Below, one piece after another: positions 12,680 through 21,195 of a stretch of 64,000 nucleotides of DNA. Source of the stretch: Verrucomicrobiota bacterium (GTDB lineage Bacteria; Verrucomicrobiota; Verrucomicrobiia; Limisphaerales; UBA1096); the NCBI GenBank assembly GCA_030749225.1, contig JASMKO010000061.1, positions 17,558 through 81,557 of the forward strand. The letters are read 5' to 3'. Each line of letters opens with the position of its first letter. Position 1 is the first letter of the stretch. The notes below the pieces were generated by a model. That model made no database searches, was not told where the DNA came from, and worked only from the letters and a program-made list of their open reading frames with translations. The position numbers and the translations under genes were made by a program.

Positions 12680-13107
12680 TGCTTGGCTGGTTGCGGTGTG
12701 ATTGTCGCGTCCAACGTGAAATCGCCAGTTTGAAGATGGGTAGGTTCGCCGACTGGGATATGAAATTGGCCTGAGACTTTCCGGTCTTCGCTATGGATGC
12801 TGTAACTCAGCGTGCCGGTTTTATGTTGGCCATGTTCCTTGATGAACACATCGACACTGATGGTTTGGCCGTCCTTGTCTGTGATTTCCATCGTGGCTTT
12901 TTGACCACCGAGGACGATCAGTTTTGGATGAGTGATCTGTTTGTTGTTTGCGTTGTCAACGACGATGATCTCGACCGTGTACATCGTTGCCGTGGCGGCG
13001 GGTTTGTGCGGGAAGCGCGTGCCGCTGGTTTCGATCTGGAAATGGCAACCAACGGTCGCGGCCATCAGTGAGCAGAGCAGGGCAGCGTTCGTTCGGATGT
13101 TTTTCAC
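12676..13107 (-). CDS. Hypothetical lipoprotein
   Basis: 143-aa ORF with lipobox TVGC; its stop overlaps the oxoprolinase start by 4 bp. Confidence 0.6.
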   Translation of the reverse strand: MKNIRTNAALLCSLMAATVGCHFQIETSGTRFPHKPAATATMYTVEIIVVDNANNKQITHPKLIVLGGQKATMEITDKDGQTISVDVFIKEHGQHKTGTLSYSIHSEDRKVSGQFHIPVGEPTHLQTGDFTLDATITPQPAKQ

Positions 13108-13143
13108 GGGGCAAAACTAGTGAGCGGGCGGGAGCGTCTCAAG

Positions 13144-13443
13144 TTAAATGTGGAGTTTTGCCTGTATCGATGCCGCTTTGGTGCCAGTGATGAGGAGGGT
13201 TTTGCTGCGATTTTTATCGCCGCGAATGAGGGTGACGTTGCAGGGTGGGAGGCCGAGCGACTTGGCGATGAACTTGAGCAGCGCCTTGTTGGCGGCGGAG
13301 TCGACGGGGGGCGCGGTGATGCGAACTTTCAGTTGCTCTCTCCCGGGATCGGCGATGATTTCATCCCGCGAGGCACGCGGCTGAACGCGGATGGCCAGTA
13401 TTACGCCATGGTCGGTTTCCCGGATGTACTTGGGCAGAGCCAT
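13144..13443 (-). CDS. yggU: DUF167 / YggU (UPF0235) family protein
   Basis: IRVQPRASRDEI...LKVRITAPPVDSAANKAL...LIRGDKNRSK signature. Start moved to the ATG at 13443 (MALPKY). Confidence 0.85.
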   Translation of the reverse strand: MALPKYIRETDHGVILAIRVQPRASRDEIIADPGREQLKVRITAPPVDSAANKALLKFIAKSLGLPPCNVTLIRGDKNRSKTLLITGTKAASIQAKLHI

Positions 13444-13511
13444 TCCGGTGCATTTGAGGTCACGAAGCGCTCGATGCCAAGTAGGGATTGCGCTAGATTC
13501 ACCGGGTGAAG

Positions 13512-14369
13512 ATGAAGATATACCAAGCGTTGTGGCTGTCGATGGCCCTGTCCTTGGCTGGATGTGCGAGCACTCAGCCAAGCGGCGGCAATTCGAAGAC
13601 AACAGCCAAGACGGCGGTGATTGATGACCGGGCGATCATCGGCCGAATGACGCGTGAGGCATCGAGAATGATGGATTCCGGGAAACCGGTTTCGATGGAA
13701 TCGTTGATTGGGCAATTGAAAAAGGAACCGAGCGTTAGTATTCGCCTGCCAGATGGGCAACGGGGGCAACTGAAGCACAAGCGGGAAGCGGTCGTTGTGG
13801 TTGGTGGGGTATATAAATGTGATCGTTGCACGCGATGGCATGTGGCTCCGGCAAGCGGATTCCTGATTGCGGACGACCTGGTGGTGACGAACTATCACGT
13901 GGTGAATCAGCCGGAGCGTGCTGCGCTCGCAGTACGGTTGTTTGACGGCCGAGTGTTCATGGTTGAGTCGGTGGTCGCCGCGAGTGAGCGTTATGACCTG
14001 GCTGTGTTGCGTGTTCCGGAGACAGGTGTGTCTCCCGTGACGCTTGGCCAAGCGGCACCGGTAGGGGCCAAGGTCTCCTTGTTCAGCCATCCGAACCAGC
14101 ATTTTTACACTTTGAGCGAGGGGCGGGTAGCGAGGTATTTCATGACACAGCGCAATCGCCGCCGCGTGCCGGCGATGTCGATTACGGCCGACTTTGGCCG
14201 GGGATCAAGTGGCGCGCCAGTACTGAACGAATCAGGGCAGGTGGTTGGCATCGTGACCAGCACCGAGTCGCTCTACTACACAGACAAGGATGGCGAACAG
14301 AAGAACCTGCAGATGGTCTTCAAAAACTGTGTGCCAGTAAGCCAGTTGCGTGAGTTAATCGGCGGTTGA
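13512..14369 (+). CDS. Trypsin-like (S1) serine protease lipoprotein
   Basis: Lipobox LAGC; ASGFLI, catalytic TNYHV, YDLAVL and GSSGAPVLN..GQVVGI motifs. Confidence 0.85.
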   Translation: MKIYQALWLSMALSLAGCASTQPSGGNSKTTAKTAVIDDRAIIGRMTREASRMMDSGKPVSMESLIGQLKKEPSVSIRLPDGQRGQLKHKREAVVVVGGVYKCDRCTRWHVAPASGFLIADDLVVTNYHVVNQPERAALAVRLFDGRVFMVESVVAASERYDLAVLRVPETGVSPVTLGQAAPVGAKVSLFSHPNQHFYTLSEGRVARYFMTQRNRRRVPAMSITADFGRGSSGAPVLNESGQVVGIVTSTESLYYTDKDGEQKNLQMVFKNCVPVSQLRELIGG

Positions 14370-14372
14370 TCG

Positions 14373-16133
14373 TCAGTCCTTGCTTGGGACACGGATGCTC
14401 TCAACCAAGTCCTGTACCTCCTGCGGGGCATCTGCTGCGGTCTTCGAGGCAGCAAACGCGACGGCAAAATTGACCAAGGCACCGATGGCTCCGAATGCAT
14501 TCGGTGTGATGCCGAGGAACCAATTCGGCTCCATACTTCCCAGAAAACTGGTGCTGGAAATGAACAGAATGCCCTTGTGCTGAAACACGTAAAGCAACGT
14601 GACACTCATGCCGGCGATCATCCCGGCTACTGCTCCCTGACGGTTCATTTTCTTTGAGAAAATGCCCAACATCAACACCGGGAAAATCGATGAGGCGGCC
14701 AAGCCGAAGGCGATGGCCACCGTCCCGGCGGCGAAGTCAGGAGGGTTCAATCCAAAGTAACCGGCCACTGCGATTGCGGCGACCATGGCCAAACGGCTGG
14801 CATTGAGTTCCTTTTTTTCAGAAATATCCGGTCGCAGAATGCCCTTAAGGAGGTCGTGCGAGATAGCTGAGGAAATCGCGAGAAGTAGACCAGCAGCAGT
14901 GGAGAGTGCAGCAGCTAGTCCGCCAGCCACCACCAGCGCAATCACCCACCCGGGCAGGTTGGCAATTTCGGGGTTGGCCAGTACGATAATGTCATTATCT
15001 ACAGTGGTCATTTCGTTGCCTGCCCAGCCGTATTCGGCGGCCTTTGTGGCAAAGGTTTTGTCTTGGTCGTTGTAATACTGGATGCGGCCGTCTCTGTTTT
15101 TGTCCTCAAATTTGAGCAGGCCGGTTTTTTCCCAATTCTTGAACCACTCGGGGCGTTTTTCGTATTCGAGACTTCCTGTGGCCTCACCAACGCGGCCGGG
15201 TTGGATGGTTTCGGTAAGATTAAGACGGGCCATAGCGGCGACAGCGGGGGCGGTGGTGTACAGGATGGCAATGAAGACTAGCGCCCAGCCGGCGGACAAG
15301 CGCGCGTCGCTTACTTTCGGCACGGTGAAGAAGCGAATGATTACATGTGGCAAGCCGGCGGTGCCGATCATGAGCGTCATCGTATAGACGAACATGTTCA
15401 ACTTGTTGCCATTGACGGCTGTGGTGTATTGGTTGAAGCCTAAATCCTGAATAACCTTGTCTAATTTTTCCAGCAGTGGTGTGCCGTCAGCAACCGACCC
15501 GCCGAGGCCAAGCTGCGGGATCGGGTTGCCGGTGAGATTGAGGGAAATGAAAATGGCTGGGACCGTGTATGCAAAAATCAAAACAACATACTGTGCGATC
15601 TGTGTGAATGTGATGCCCTTCATTCCACCAAGTACAGCGTAGAAGAAGACGATACCCATCCCAATGTACAAGCCGGTGTTGTAGTCGGTTTCAAGAAAAC
15701 GGGAGAAGGCAACGCCGACACCCTTCATCTGCCCGATAACGTAAGTGACGGACACGATAATGAGGCAGATGACGGCAACAATACGGGCGGTTTTTGAATA
15801 GAACCGTTCACCGATGAATTCCGGCACGGTGAATTTGCCGTATTTGCGCATGTACGGCGCTAGCATTAAAGCAAGCAGTACATAGCCTCCGGTCCAGCCC
15901 ATGAGAAAGACCGAACCACCGTATCCGGCAAAGGCAATCATGCCAGCCATCGAGATAAACGAGGCAGCGCTCATCCAGTCGGCCGCGGTAGCCATACCGT
16001 TTGAAATAGGGCTGACACTGCCGCCCGCCACGTAGAATTCCTTAGTTGATGAAGCCTTGCTCCAGATCGCGATGCCTATGTAGAGGGCGAACGACAGGCC
16101 AACAACAATGTAAGTCCAGATTTTTACGTCCAT
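14373..16133 (-). CDS. actP: Cation/acetate symporter, ActP-like (sodium:solute symporter family)
   Basis: NGMATAADWMSAASF, LGGMKGITFTQ and GTAGLPHVIIRFFTVP motifs; multiple TM helices; paired with a DUF4212 small subunit. Confidence 0.88.
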   Translation of the reverse strand: MDVKIWTYIVVGLSFALYIGIAIWSKASSTKEFYVAGGSVSPISNGMATAADWMSAASFISMAGMIAFAGYGGSVFLMGWTGGYVLLALMLAPYMRKYGKFTVPEFIGERFYSKTARIVAVICLIIVSVTYVIGQMKGVGVAFSRFLETDYNTGLYIGMGIVFFYAVLGGMKGITFTQIAQYVVLIFAYTVPAIFISLNLTGNPIPQLGLGGSVADGTPLLEKLDKVIQDLGFNQYTTAVNGNKLNMFVYTMTLMIGTAGLPHVIIRFFTVPKVSDARLSAGWALVFIAILYTTAPAVAAMARLNLTETIQPGRVGEATGSLEYEKRPEWFKNWEKTGLLKFEDKNRDGRIQYYNDQDKTFATKAAEYGWAGNEMTTVDNDIIVLANPEIANLPGWVIALVVAGGLAAALSTAAGLLLAISSAISHDLLKGILRPDISEKKELNASRLAMVAAIAVAGYFGLNPPDFAAGTVAIAFGLAASSIFPVLMLGIFSKKMNRQGAVAGMIAGMSVTLLYVFQHKGILFISSTSFLGSMEPNWFLGITPNAFGAIGALVNFAVAFAASKTAADAPQEVQDLVESIRVPSKD

Positions 16134-16148
16134 TTATTTGTCTTTGTG

Positions 16149-16424
16149 TTATTCGCTATCCTCGAATTTGAATTCACGGTCAAGTTTGTTCATTAACCTT
16201 ACGTAAGCGAAAATCAGGGCCACGAACACATATATGGACCCCTGCTGTGCCATCCAAAAACCGAGTTTGAATCCGCCAATTTCAATTTGGTTGAGTTGTT
16301 CTACGAGCAAAATGCTGCAACCAAAAGATACGATAAACCAGATCGACAAGAGAGTGATCAGAATGCGGATGTTCGCACGCCAATACGCTTGACGACGGCT
16401 TGGGAGGGTATTTTGATTTTCCAT
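16149..16424 (-). CDS. DUF4212 solute:sodium symporter small subunit
   Basis: YWRAN...LLSIWF.VSFG...GFKLGFWMAQQGSI signature, immediately upstream of the symporter. Confidence 0.88.
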   Translation of the reverse strand: MENQNTLPSRRQAYWRANIRILITLLSIWFIVSFGCSILLVEQLNQIEIGGFKLGFWMAQQGSIYVFVALIFAYVRLMNKLDREFKFEDSE

Positions 16425-16433
16425 GCTATAATT

Positions 16434-17069
16434 TCAGAGATGAGATTGGATGCTGCCCCAAATTTCTTCAGTGACATTGTTAAGGGATTGGTCTCCGTTA
16501 ATAATCTGAAAACGGTCAGGTTCAGCCTTGGCTAAGGTGTGGAATCCATCGAGGACTCGTTTGAAAAAATTCGCTCCGGATTCATCGAATTGATCCTGTA
16601 ATTCAGCGGTTAATTCATGTCGGGCAGAGACGCGGTCTTGACTGACGCTCAAAGGAATGTCGAGAAGCAGTGTCAGATTCGGCTTGGTATCGCCAACGGC
16701 CAAATCGATTGCTTGCTGAACCTTGGCCATGTCGAGTTCGCGTCCGAAGCCTTGATAGGCCAGCGATGAGTCGTAAAAACGGTCGCATAGTACGACGGCG
16801 CCTTTGGCCAGGGCTGGGCGGATCGCTTCTTGAACAAGCTGTGCGCGACTGGCATTCATAAGCAGCAACTCCGCATCTGGCGAGATCGTGGCATCGCCGG
16901 GAGGATGCTTGACAACTTCGCGGATCGCCTCGCCGATAGGGGTGCCGCCAGGCTCGCGCAAGGTTACGACTTGGCGGCCAACCTTGGGCAACTGCTTGGC
17001 CAAACGTTCGATCTGGGTCGATTTGCCACACCCCTCAATGCCCTCGAAGGTGATCAATAAACCGCTCAT
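16434..17069 (-). CDS. tmk: Thymidylate kinase
   Basis: ITFEGIEGCGKSTQ P-loop, REPGGT, DRFYDSSLAYQG. The start at 17069 forms an ATGA overlap with the upstream gene's stop. Confidence 0.95.
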   Translation of the reverse strand: MSGLLITFEGIEGCGKSTQIERLAKQLPKVGRQVVTLREPGGTPIGEAIREVVKHPPGDATISPDAELLLMNASRAQLVQEAIRPALAKGAVVLCDRFYDSSLAYQGFGRELDMAKVQQAIDLAVGDTKPNLTLLLDIPLSVSQDRVSARHELTAELQDQFDESGANFFKRVLDGFHTLAKAEPDRFQIINGDQSLNNVTEEIWGSIQSHL

Positions 17070-17956
17070 TTGAGTGGCGGCACCTTGGCAGTGGCGGCTG
17101 CTTGTACGGCTTTTTTGGTTTTGATCTCGCGTGGGAAAATTCGAGTCAGATAGGCCACAAGCGACTTGATCTGCAAGTCGTCGAGAGGTCCTCCGTGCTT
17201 CTTTGCAAAGGCTGGCATTAGTGATCCCGACTTGCTGTCGGTAATCCACATATTCCAATATGCTTTATCTTTCCCTTTGGATAACGCACGAAGTTCAGTG
17301 ACAAATGGTGCGCGGTTTATTGCATCATGGCAGATTCCGCAGGCGGTTGCGTAAAGTTGTTTGCCCCGTTTTCCGATGGTAGGCTTGACATGGCACTCGA
17401 TACAGTCTTGTTGAAAAACTGCCTGTCGATTTTTTACAGCCAGCCTAAGGTTGGCTGCGCGTTCTTCAGCTGATCGGGCACGCTTAACGACCAGGGAGCC
17501 ATTCGCGGATCCGATAGAGACCTTGGTGGTCAGAATGATGGTTCCAAGGTTGGTGATAATCGTACTCTCCTTGATAATAATTCCAGTTTTGCCCCGCAAA
17601 TCCATGGTGATGGGGATGGTTCCTTTTTGGCCGGGATTGATGATCCAAGGCGTTTTGGGGAGTTTGGCTACTGTGCAACCGCAGGAGGTGAAGGCGCGGG
17701 TGATTCGAACCTCTTTATCCATTTTGTTTTGGAAATGAAACTCGAAACCCACATCAAGTTCATCCGGGCTCGATTGGTGTCGCTTGCCCAATGAGTCCCA
17801 ATTGAGGATTTTTTTTACCTTAAGTGGTTGTTTTTCGCCCTTTTCGAGGTATCTGAGATTTCGCTCACCAAAGGCGCTGTAATGGGGGAATATCAATACA
17901 GTGGCCAGTGCGGCCATTTGAAACTTGATGAAACTTACAGTTGATGTCGAAAACAT
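17066..17956 (-). CDS. Exported DUF1573 (Ig-like) plus di-heme c-type cytochrome protein
   Basis: F.F.N...V.I...TSCGCT...I.PG..G.I DUF1573 pattern; CIECH and CGICH heme motifs; distal ligand candidate in SLMPAF. Confidence 0.75.
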   Translation of the reverse strand: MFSTSTVSFIKFQMAALATVLIFPHYSAFGERNLRYLEKGEKQPLKVKKILNWDSLGKRHQSSPDELDVGFEFHFQNKMDKEVRITRAFTSCGCTVAKLPKTPWIINPGQKGTIPITMDLRGKTGIIIKESTIITNLGTIILTTKVSIGSANGSLVVKRARSAEERAANLRLAVKNRQAVFQQDCIECHVKPTIGKRGKQLYATACGICHDAINRAPFVTELRALSKGKDKAYWNMWITDSKSGSLMPAFAKKHGGPLDDLQIKSLVAYLTRIFPREIKTKKAVQAAATAKVPPLK

Positions 17957-18038
17957 GTTAACTGGTCGGGCGAATTATCCATGAATTGAGTTGGGCAAAG
18001 CAATCTTTGATTATTCAAAGCTTCTGCAAACAGCTATA

Positions 18039-18386
18039 TCAAGGGCGATTTAATTCAACGCTAACCCAGTCGGTATCAGGGAGGATGAATTTTTTGATCA
18101 TAACGCGTACGTTGGTTGGTTTGAATTCCTGTAGCACCAGTTCACAAATATCGTCGGCCAGCGCCTCAAGGAGTTTCCAGCGACGCGTTCGGCCCAGCGC
18201 TCTCACCGATTGACAGACGGAGTGGTAATCGATCGTCTGCTCCAAGTTGTCGGAGGCCCCGCTTGGGCAAAGGTCATGTGTCATCTGAATAGTGATGAGC
18301 AGTTTTTGAGGCTCCGCCCGTTCCTCGTCCGGTACGCCGATGTGAAACTGGACCTCCAAGTCCTTGATGGTGATGCAGTCAGGCAT
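18039..18386 (-). CDS. folB: Dihydroneopterin aldolase
   Basis: I.I.DL....HIGV..EER..PQ, D.LE.TIDY, LLEALA and V.I.K motifs; 115 aa. Confidence 0.92.
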   Translation of the reverse strand: MPDCITIKDLEVQFHIGVPDEERAEPQKLLITIQMTHDLCPSGASDNLEQTIDYHSVCQSVRALGRTRRWKLLEALADDICELVLQEFKPTNVRVMIKKFILPDTDWVSVELNRP

Positions 18387-19464
18387 CGATTGGCTCCGGT
18401 TCGCGGGTTGTTACAGCGTCCAGCAGCGTTCGGGTGGGCTTGTTTAGAGCAAGGGCTAATGCCTCGCTTTCGCTCACCCAGCAAAATGTCTGGGCTTCTT
18501 CATTGAGGGTGACATCGGTTTCACCGGCGCAGCGGCAGGTGTAGTTGAGCAGGATGAAATGTTCGGGCCGGTAAAATTCCGCCGAGTTGATGCAGTCTTG
18601 CGAAAGCACAAATTCAATGTCGGCAATCTGAAGGCTGGTTTCCTCCGCGACCTCGCGTCGGAGGGCCTCCACGGATGTTTCACCGTATTCAATCTTGCCG
18701 CCTGGGATGCCCCATTTGCCGGACCACTTGTCTGTGCGCACCATCAACACTTGACCAAGCGCGTTGTAAATTAGCGCGCCGACGGTGGGTATGGGTCTCC
18801 GGTCGTTGCCGCTTTGGCCATGGACGATTGGCAAGGACAGGTCGTTGGCTAGCAAGAGCGTCTTTAACTCATCGAGATGCGTTACGATGATGGTGGGCCT
18901 GCTTTGGCGGAGTTGGTCGAGCGTGTTATAACCGGTGAGGAGTGCGCAGGAGTGGATGTCGCCGTGATGCGCCGTTTCGATATCGTGCTGCATGTCTCCG
19001 ATGTACAACGTCTCATCTTTCAGCAGGTTGTTTTCCTGAATAATCTCGTCGATTTTCTCCCGCTTATCCCAGATGCCAAGGTAAAGTTTTTCAAAGCAAC
19101 CATCCATCCCGGCGTTAGCTGCTTGTACGGTGAAGTAGCCGGAGTTGACCGTGCTGAGTATGAAGCAGCGGATTTTCCTTGTCTTGCAAAACTCAAGGAA
19201 CTCGTTCGCATGGGGCAGGGCGGTGACTTCGCCGCACACTTCCCGGAAACTACCGTGGAACCAGCCCTCGAGCGTCTCGAGTGGGATATCTGGTGTGAAC
19301 CGTTCGTAAAACCTGGTGAATGGCAACTGAAACTCGTTGCGGAATTCATCCAGTGTGAGCGCCGGGACGCCAGCCTGCTTGAGGACGTGGTTGGTCGCCT
19401 TCCAGACGCCGGGCAGGTCGTTCACCAGCGTACCTGACCAGTCGAAAATGATATTACGAATCAT
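18379..19464 (-). CDS. HAD-family phosphatase / Nudix hydrolase fusion
   Basis: N-terminal HAD motifs IIFDWSGTL, ILST and YIGDMQHDI; C-terminal Nudix box GGKIEYGETSVEALRREVAEETSL. Start moved to the ATG at 19464. Overlaps the folB start by 8 bp. Confidence 0.88.
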   Translation of the reverse strand: MIRNIIFDWSGTLVNDLPGVWKATNHVLKQAGVPALTLDEFRNEFQLPFTRFYERFTPDIPLETLEGWFHGSFREVCGEVTALPHANEFLEFCKTRKIRCFILSTVNSGYFTVQAANAGMDGCFEKLYLGIWDKREKIDEIIQENNLLKDETLYIGDMQHDIETAHHGDIHSCALLTGYNTLDQLRQSRPTIIVTHLDELKTLLLANDLSLPIVHGQSGNDRRPIPTVGALIYNALGQVLMVRTDKWSGKWGIPGGKIEYGETSVEALRREVAEETSLQIADIEFVLSQDCINSAEFYRPEHFILLNYTCRCAGETDVTLNEEAQTFCWVSESEALALALNKPTRTLLDAVTTREPEPIDA

Positions 19465-19560
19465 GCGCGGGCAGCTTAGACAAGATTGATCCAAAGGGTA
19501 AGTTTCGATTGCGCCAGAAAACCATTGCGACAGGGGGGTGGGCAATGGGACAAATGCCGC

Positions 19561-21003
19561 ATGTCCGAGCAAGACAGAGCTAACGCACTGCTGCAAGAGG
19601 GAATTGAACGTGCCAAATGCGGCAAATTAGATGACGCGCTGCGGTTGTTTGACGACGCGCTGGAGGTTGCCCCTGAAAATCCTGTTGTCAATTATAACCG
19701 GGGCTTGGCTCGCCAGCAGGCCGGCTCGATCGAGGCGGCCATCGTGGCATATCGTGCAGCCACTGAAGTGCAGCCACAATTCACGGAGGCGTGGATTAAC
19801 CTGTCTCAGGCGTTGAAACTGCTGGGCCGCTTTTCCCAAGCCTTGGAGGCGGCCGAACGATCTGTCCAACTCGATCCCGCTGAGCCATCCGCTTGGCTAG
19901 CCAAAGGCAATGCATTGCGGGGATTGAATGCGCTTGCCCAAGCGGCCGATTCGTTCCGCAGCGGGGTGTTTGCAGATCCGGGTGATCGGTTGTTAAAAGC
20001 CAGTTTGGCCAACACAATCCGGGAACTTGGCCAAGTCCCGGAGGCAATTCGGTTACTCCGCGAGACGATCGAGGCGCACCCCGATTTCGCCGAGGCACAC
20101 CGTGATCTGGCGCATGCGCTGTTACTCAACGGCGAGTACCGTGAAGGTTGGATAGAGAATCGCTGGCGTTGGGACACTGAATCGCTTCAGAACGCCAAAC
20201 GCCACCAAGAAATCCCGGAATGGAAAGGGCAGCCGCTCACTAGCAAGCGTATTTTGCTTTGGGATGAACAAGGGTTTGGGGATGCGATTCAATTCGTACG
20301 TTTCGTGCCATGGGTTGCTGAGATGGGGGCCGAGGTGGTGCTTGAGGCCCAGCCTCAACTAGTGCGTCTGTTTGAGACCGTGGCTGAAGTGGGTGAAGTG
20401 ATCCCTAGGGGAGGCGCGCTGCCACCGGTGGACTATCAGGTTTCATTGATCGACTTGGGGGGGGTGTTTTGCTCTGAAGTAGCGTCGATACCGAACGAAA
20501 CACCTTATGTCCATGTTGGAAAGATCTACAGGCCGCCCACCGAAAACCGGTTGAGGGTAGGCTTGTGCTGGGCCGGCAATCCATGCCACGACAACGACCG
20601 GAACCGGTCGATGACTTATGAGACATTAAGTCCGTTGCTGGAGTTGCCGCAAATCGACTTCGTCAGCCTGCAAATTGCCCAGGGAGACTGTGAGATGTCC
20701 GCGACTGGGAACCTAAAGGAGAGTCTGGGTGATCCGGTTGACTTCCACGAGACTGCCCGCCTTGTCGCGACACTGGACTTAGTGATTACAATCGATTCAT
20801 CCATTGCCCACTTAGCCGGCGCACTTGGGCAAGCGGTTTGGGTGTTGCTCCCTTACGGCCCAGATTGGCGCTGGATGCTCGGCCGGGACGACTCTCCTTG
20901 GTACCCCGGCACCACGCTATTTCGCCAGGCGGAACCGGGAGATTGGTCTGCTCCCATCCGTGAGATCAGTCAAAAAATTACCGATTTCTTTGCTCAAAAG
21001 TAA
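19561..21003 (+). CDS. TPR-repeat glycosyltransferase (GT9-like C-terminal domain)
   Basis: Several TPR units followed by W.G..L..K.ILL..EQGFGDAIQFVRF, VGLCWAGNP.H.ND..RS, DLVITIDSSIAHLAGALG and WRW....DSPWYP. Start at ATG 19561. Confidence 0.85.
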   Translation: MSEQDRANALLQEGIERAKCGKLDDALRLFDDALEVAPENPVVNYNRGLARQQAGSIEAAIVAYRAATEVQPQFTEAWINLSQALKLLGRFSQALEAAERSVQLDPAEPSAWLAKGNALRGLNALAQAADSFRSGVFADPGDRLLKASLANTIRELGQVPEAIRLLRETIEAHPDFAEAHRDLAHALLLNGEYREGWIENRWRWDTESLQNAKRHQEIPEWKGQPLTSKRILLWDEQGFGDAIQFVRFVPWVAEMGAEVVLEAQPQLVRLFETVAEVGEVIPRGGALPPVDYQVSLIDLGGVFCSEVASIPNETPYVHVGKIYRPPTENRLRVGLCWAGNPCHDNDRNRSMTYETLSPLLELPQIDFVSLQIAQGDCEMSATGNLKESLGDPVDFHETARLVATLDLVITIDSSIAHLAGALGQAVWVLLPYGPDWRWMLGRDDSPWYPGTTLFRQAEPGDWSAPIREISQKITDFFAQK

Positions 21004-21059
21004 TCTAAAGTATTGATATTAAAAGGGTTGGAGGAATTTTAGAAAATCTCATTTTTGAC

Positions 21060-21086
21060 TAAAGTTTATCGGCTCCTTGTCGATAA
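21060..21086 (+). promoter_or_regulatory. Sigma28 (FliA/SigD) promoter of flagellin 1
   Basis: TAAAGTTT-N11-GTCGATAA, one mismatch to the consensus TAAAGTTT-N11-GCCGATAA, about 110 bp upstream of the flagellin ATG. Confidence 0.85.
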
Positions 21087-21195
21087 TGCTTGTTGACAAG
21101 TGGCATAGCCTAATGCCGCATGGAGAACGGAAGACGCCGATGAAAAAGGTCCTCCACGCATGGACGCTAAATAAAACGACAAATGGAGATGTCTT

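Noticed and set aside
13120-13509. 129-aa plus-strand ORF
   Set aside because: It is antisense to the clearly recognisable DUF167 gene.
17070-17258. N-terminal extensions in the ORF track for tmk, and likewise for HAD-Nudix, TPR-GT, yggU, pepP and the 26211 sulfatase
   Set aside because: The extensions overlap neighbouring genes or precede the family's usual start; downstream starts fit better.
21001-21012. Second TCTAAAGTA resembling a sigma28 -35 box
   Set aside because: No GCCGATAA-like -10 at the correct spacing; the 21060-21086 site fits well.
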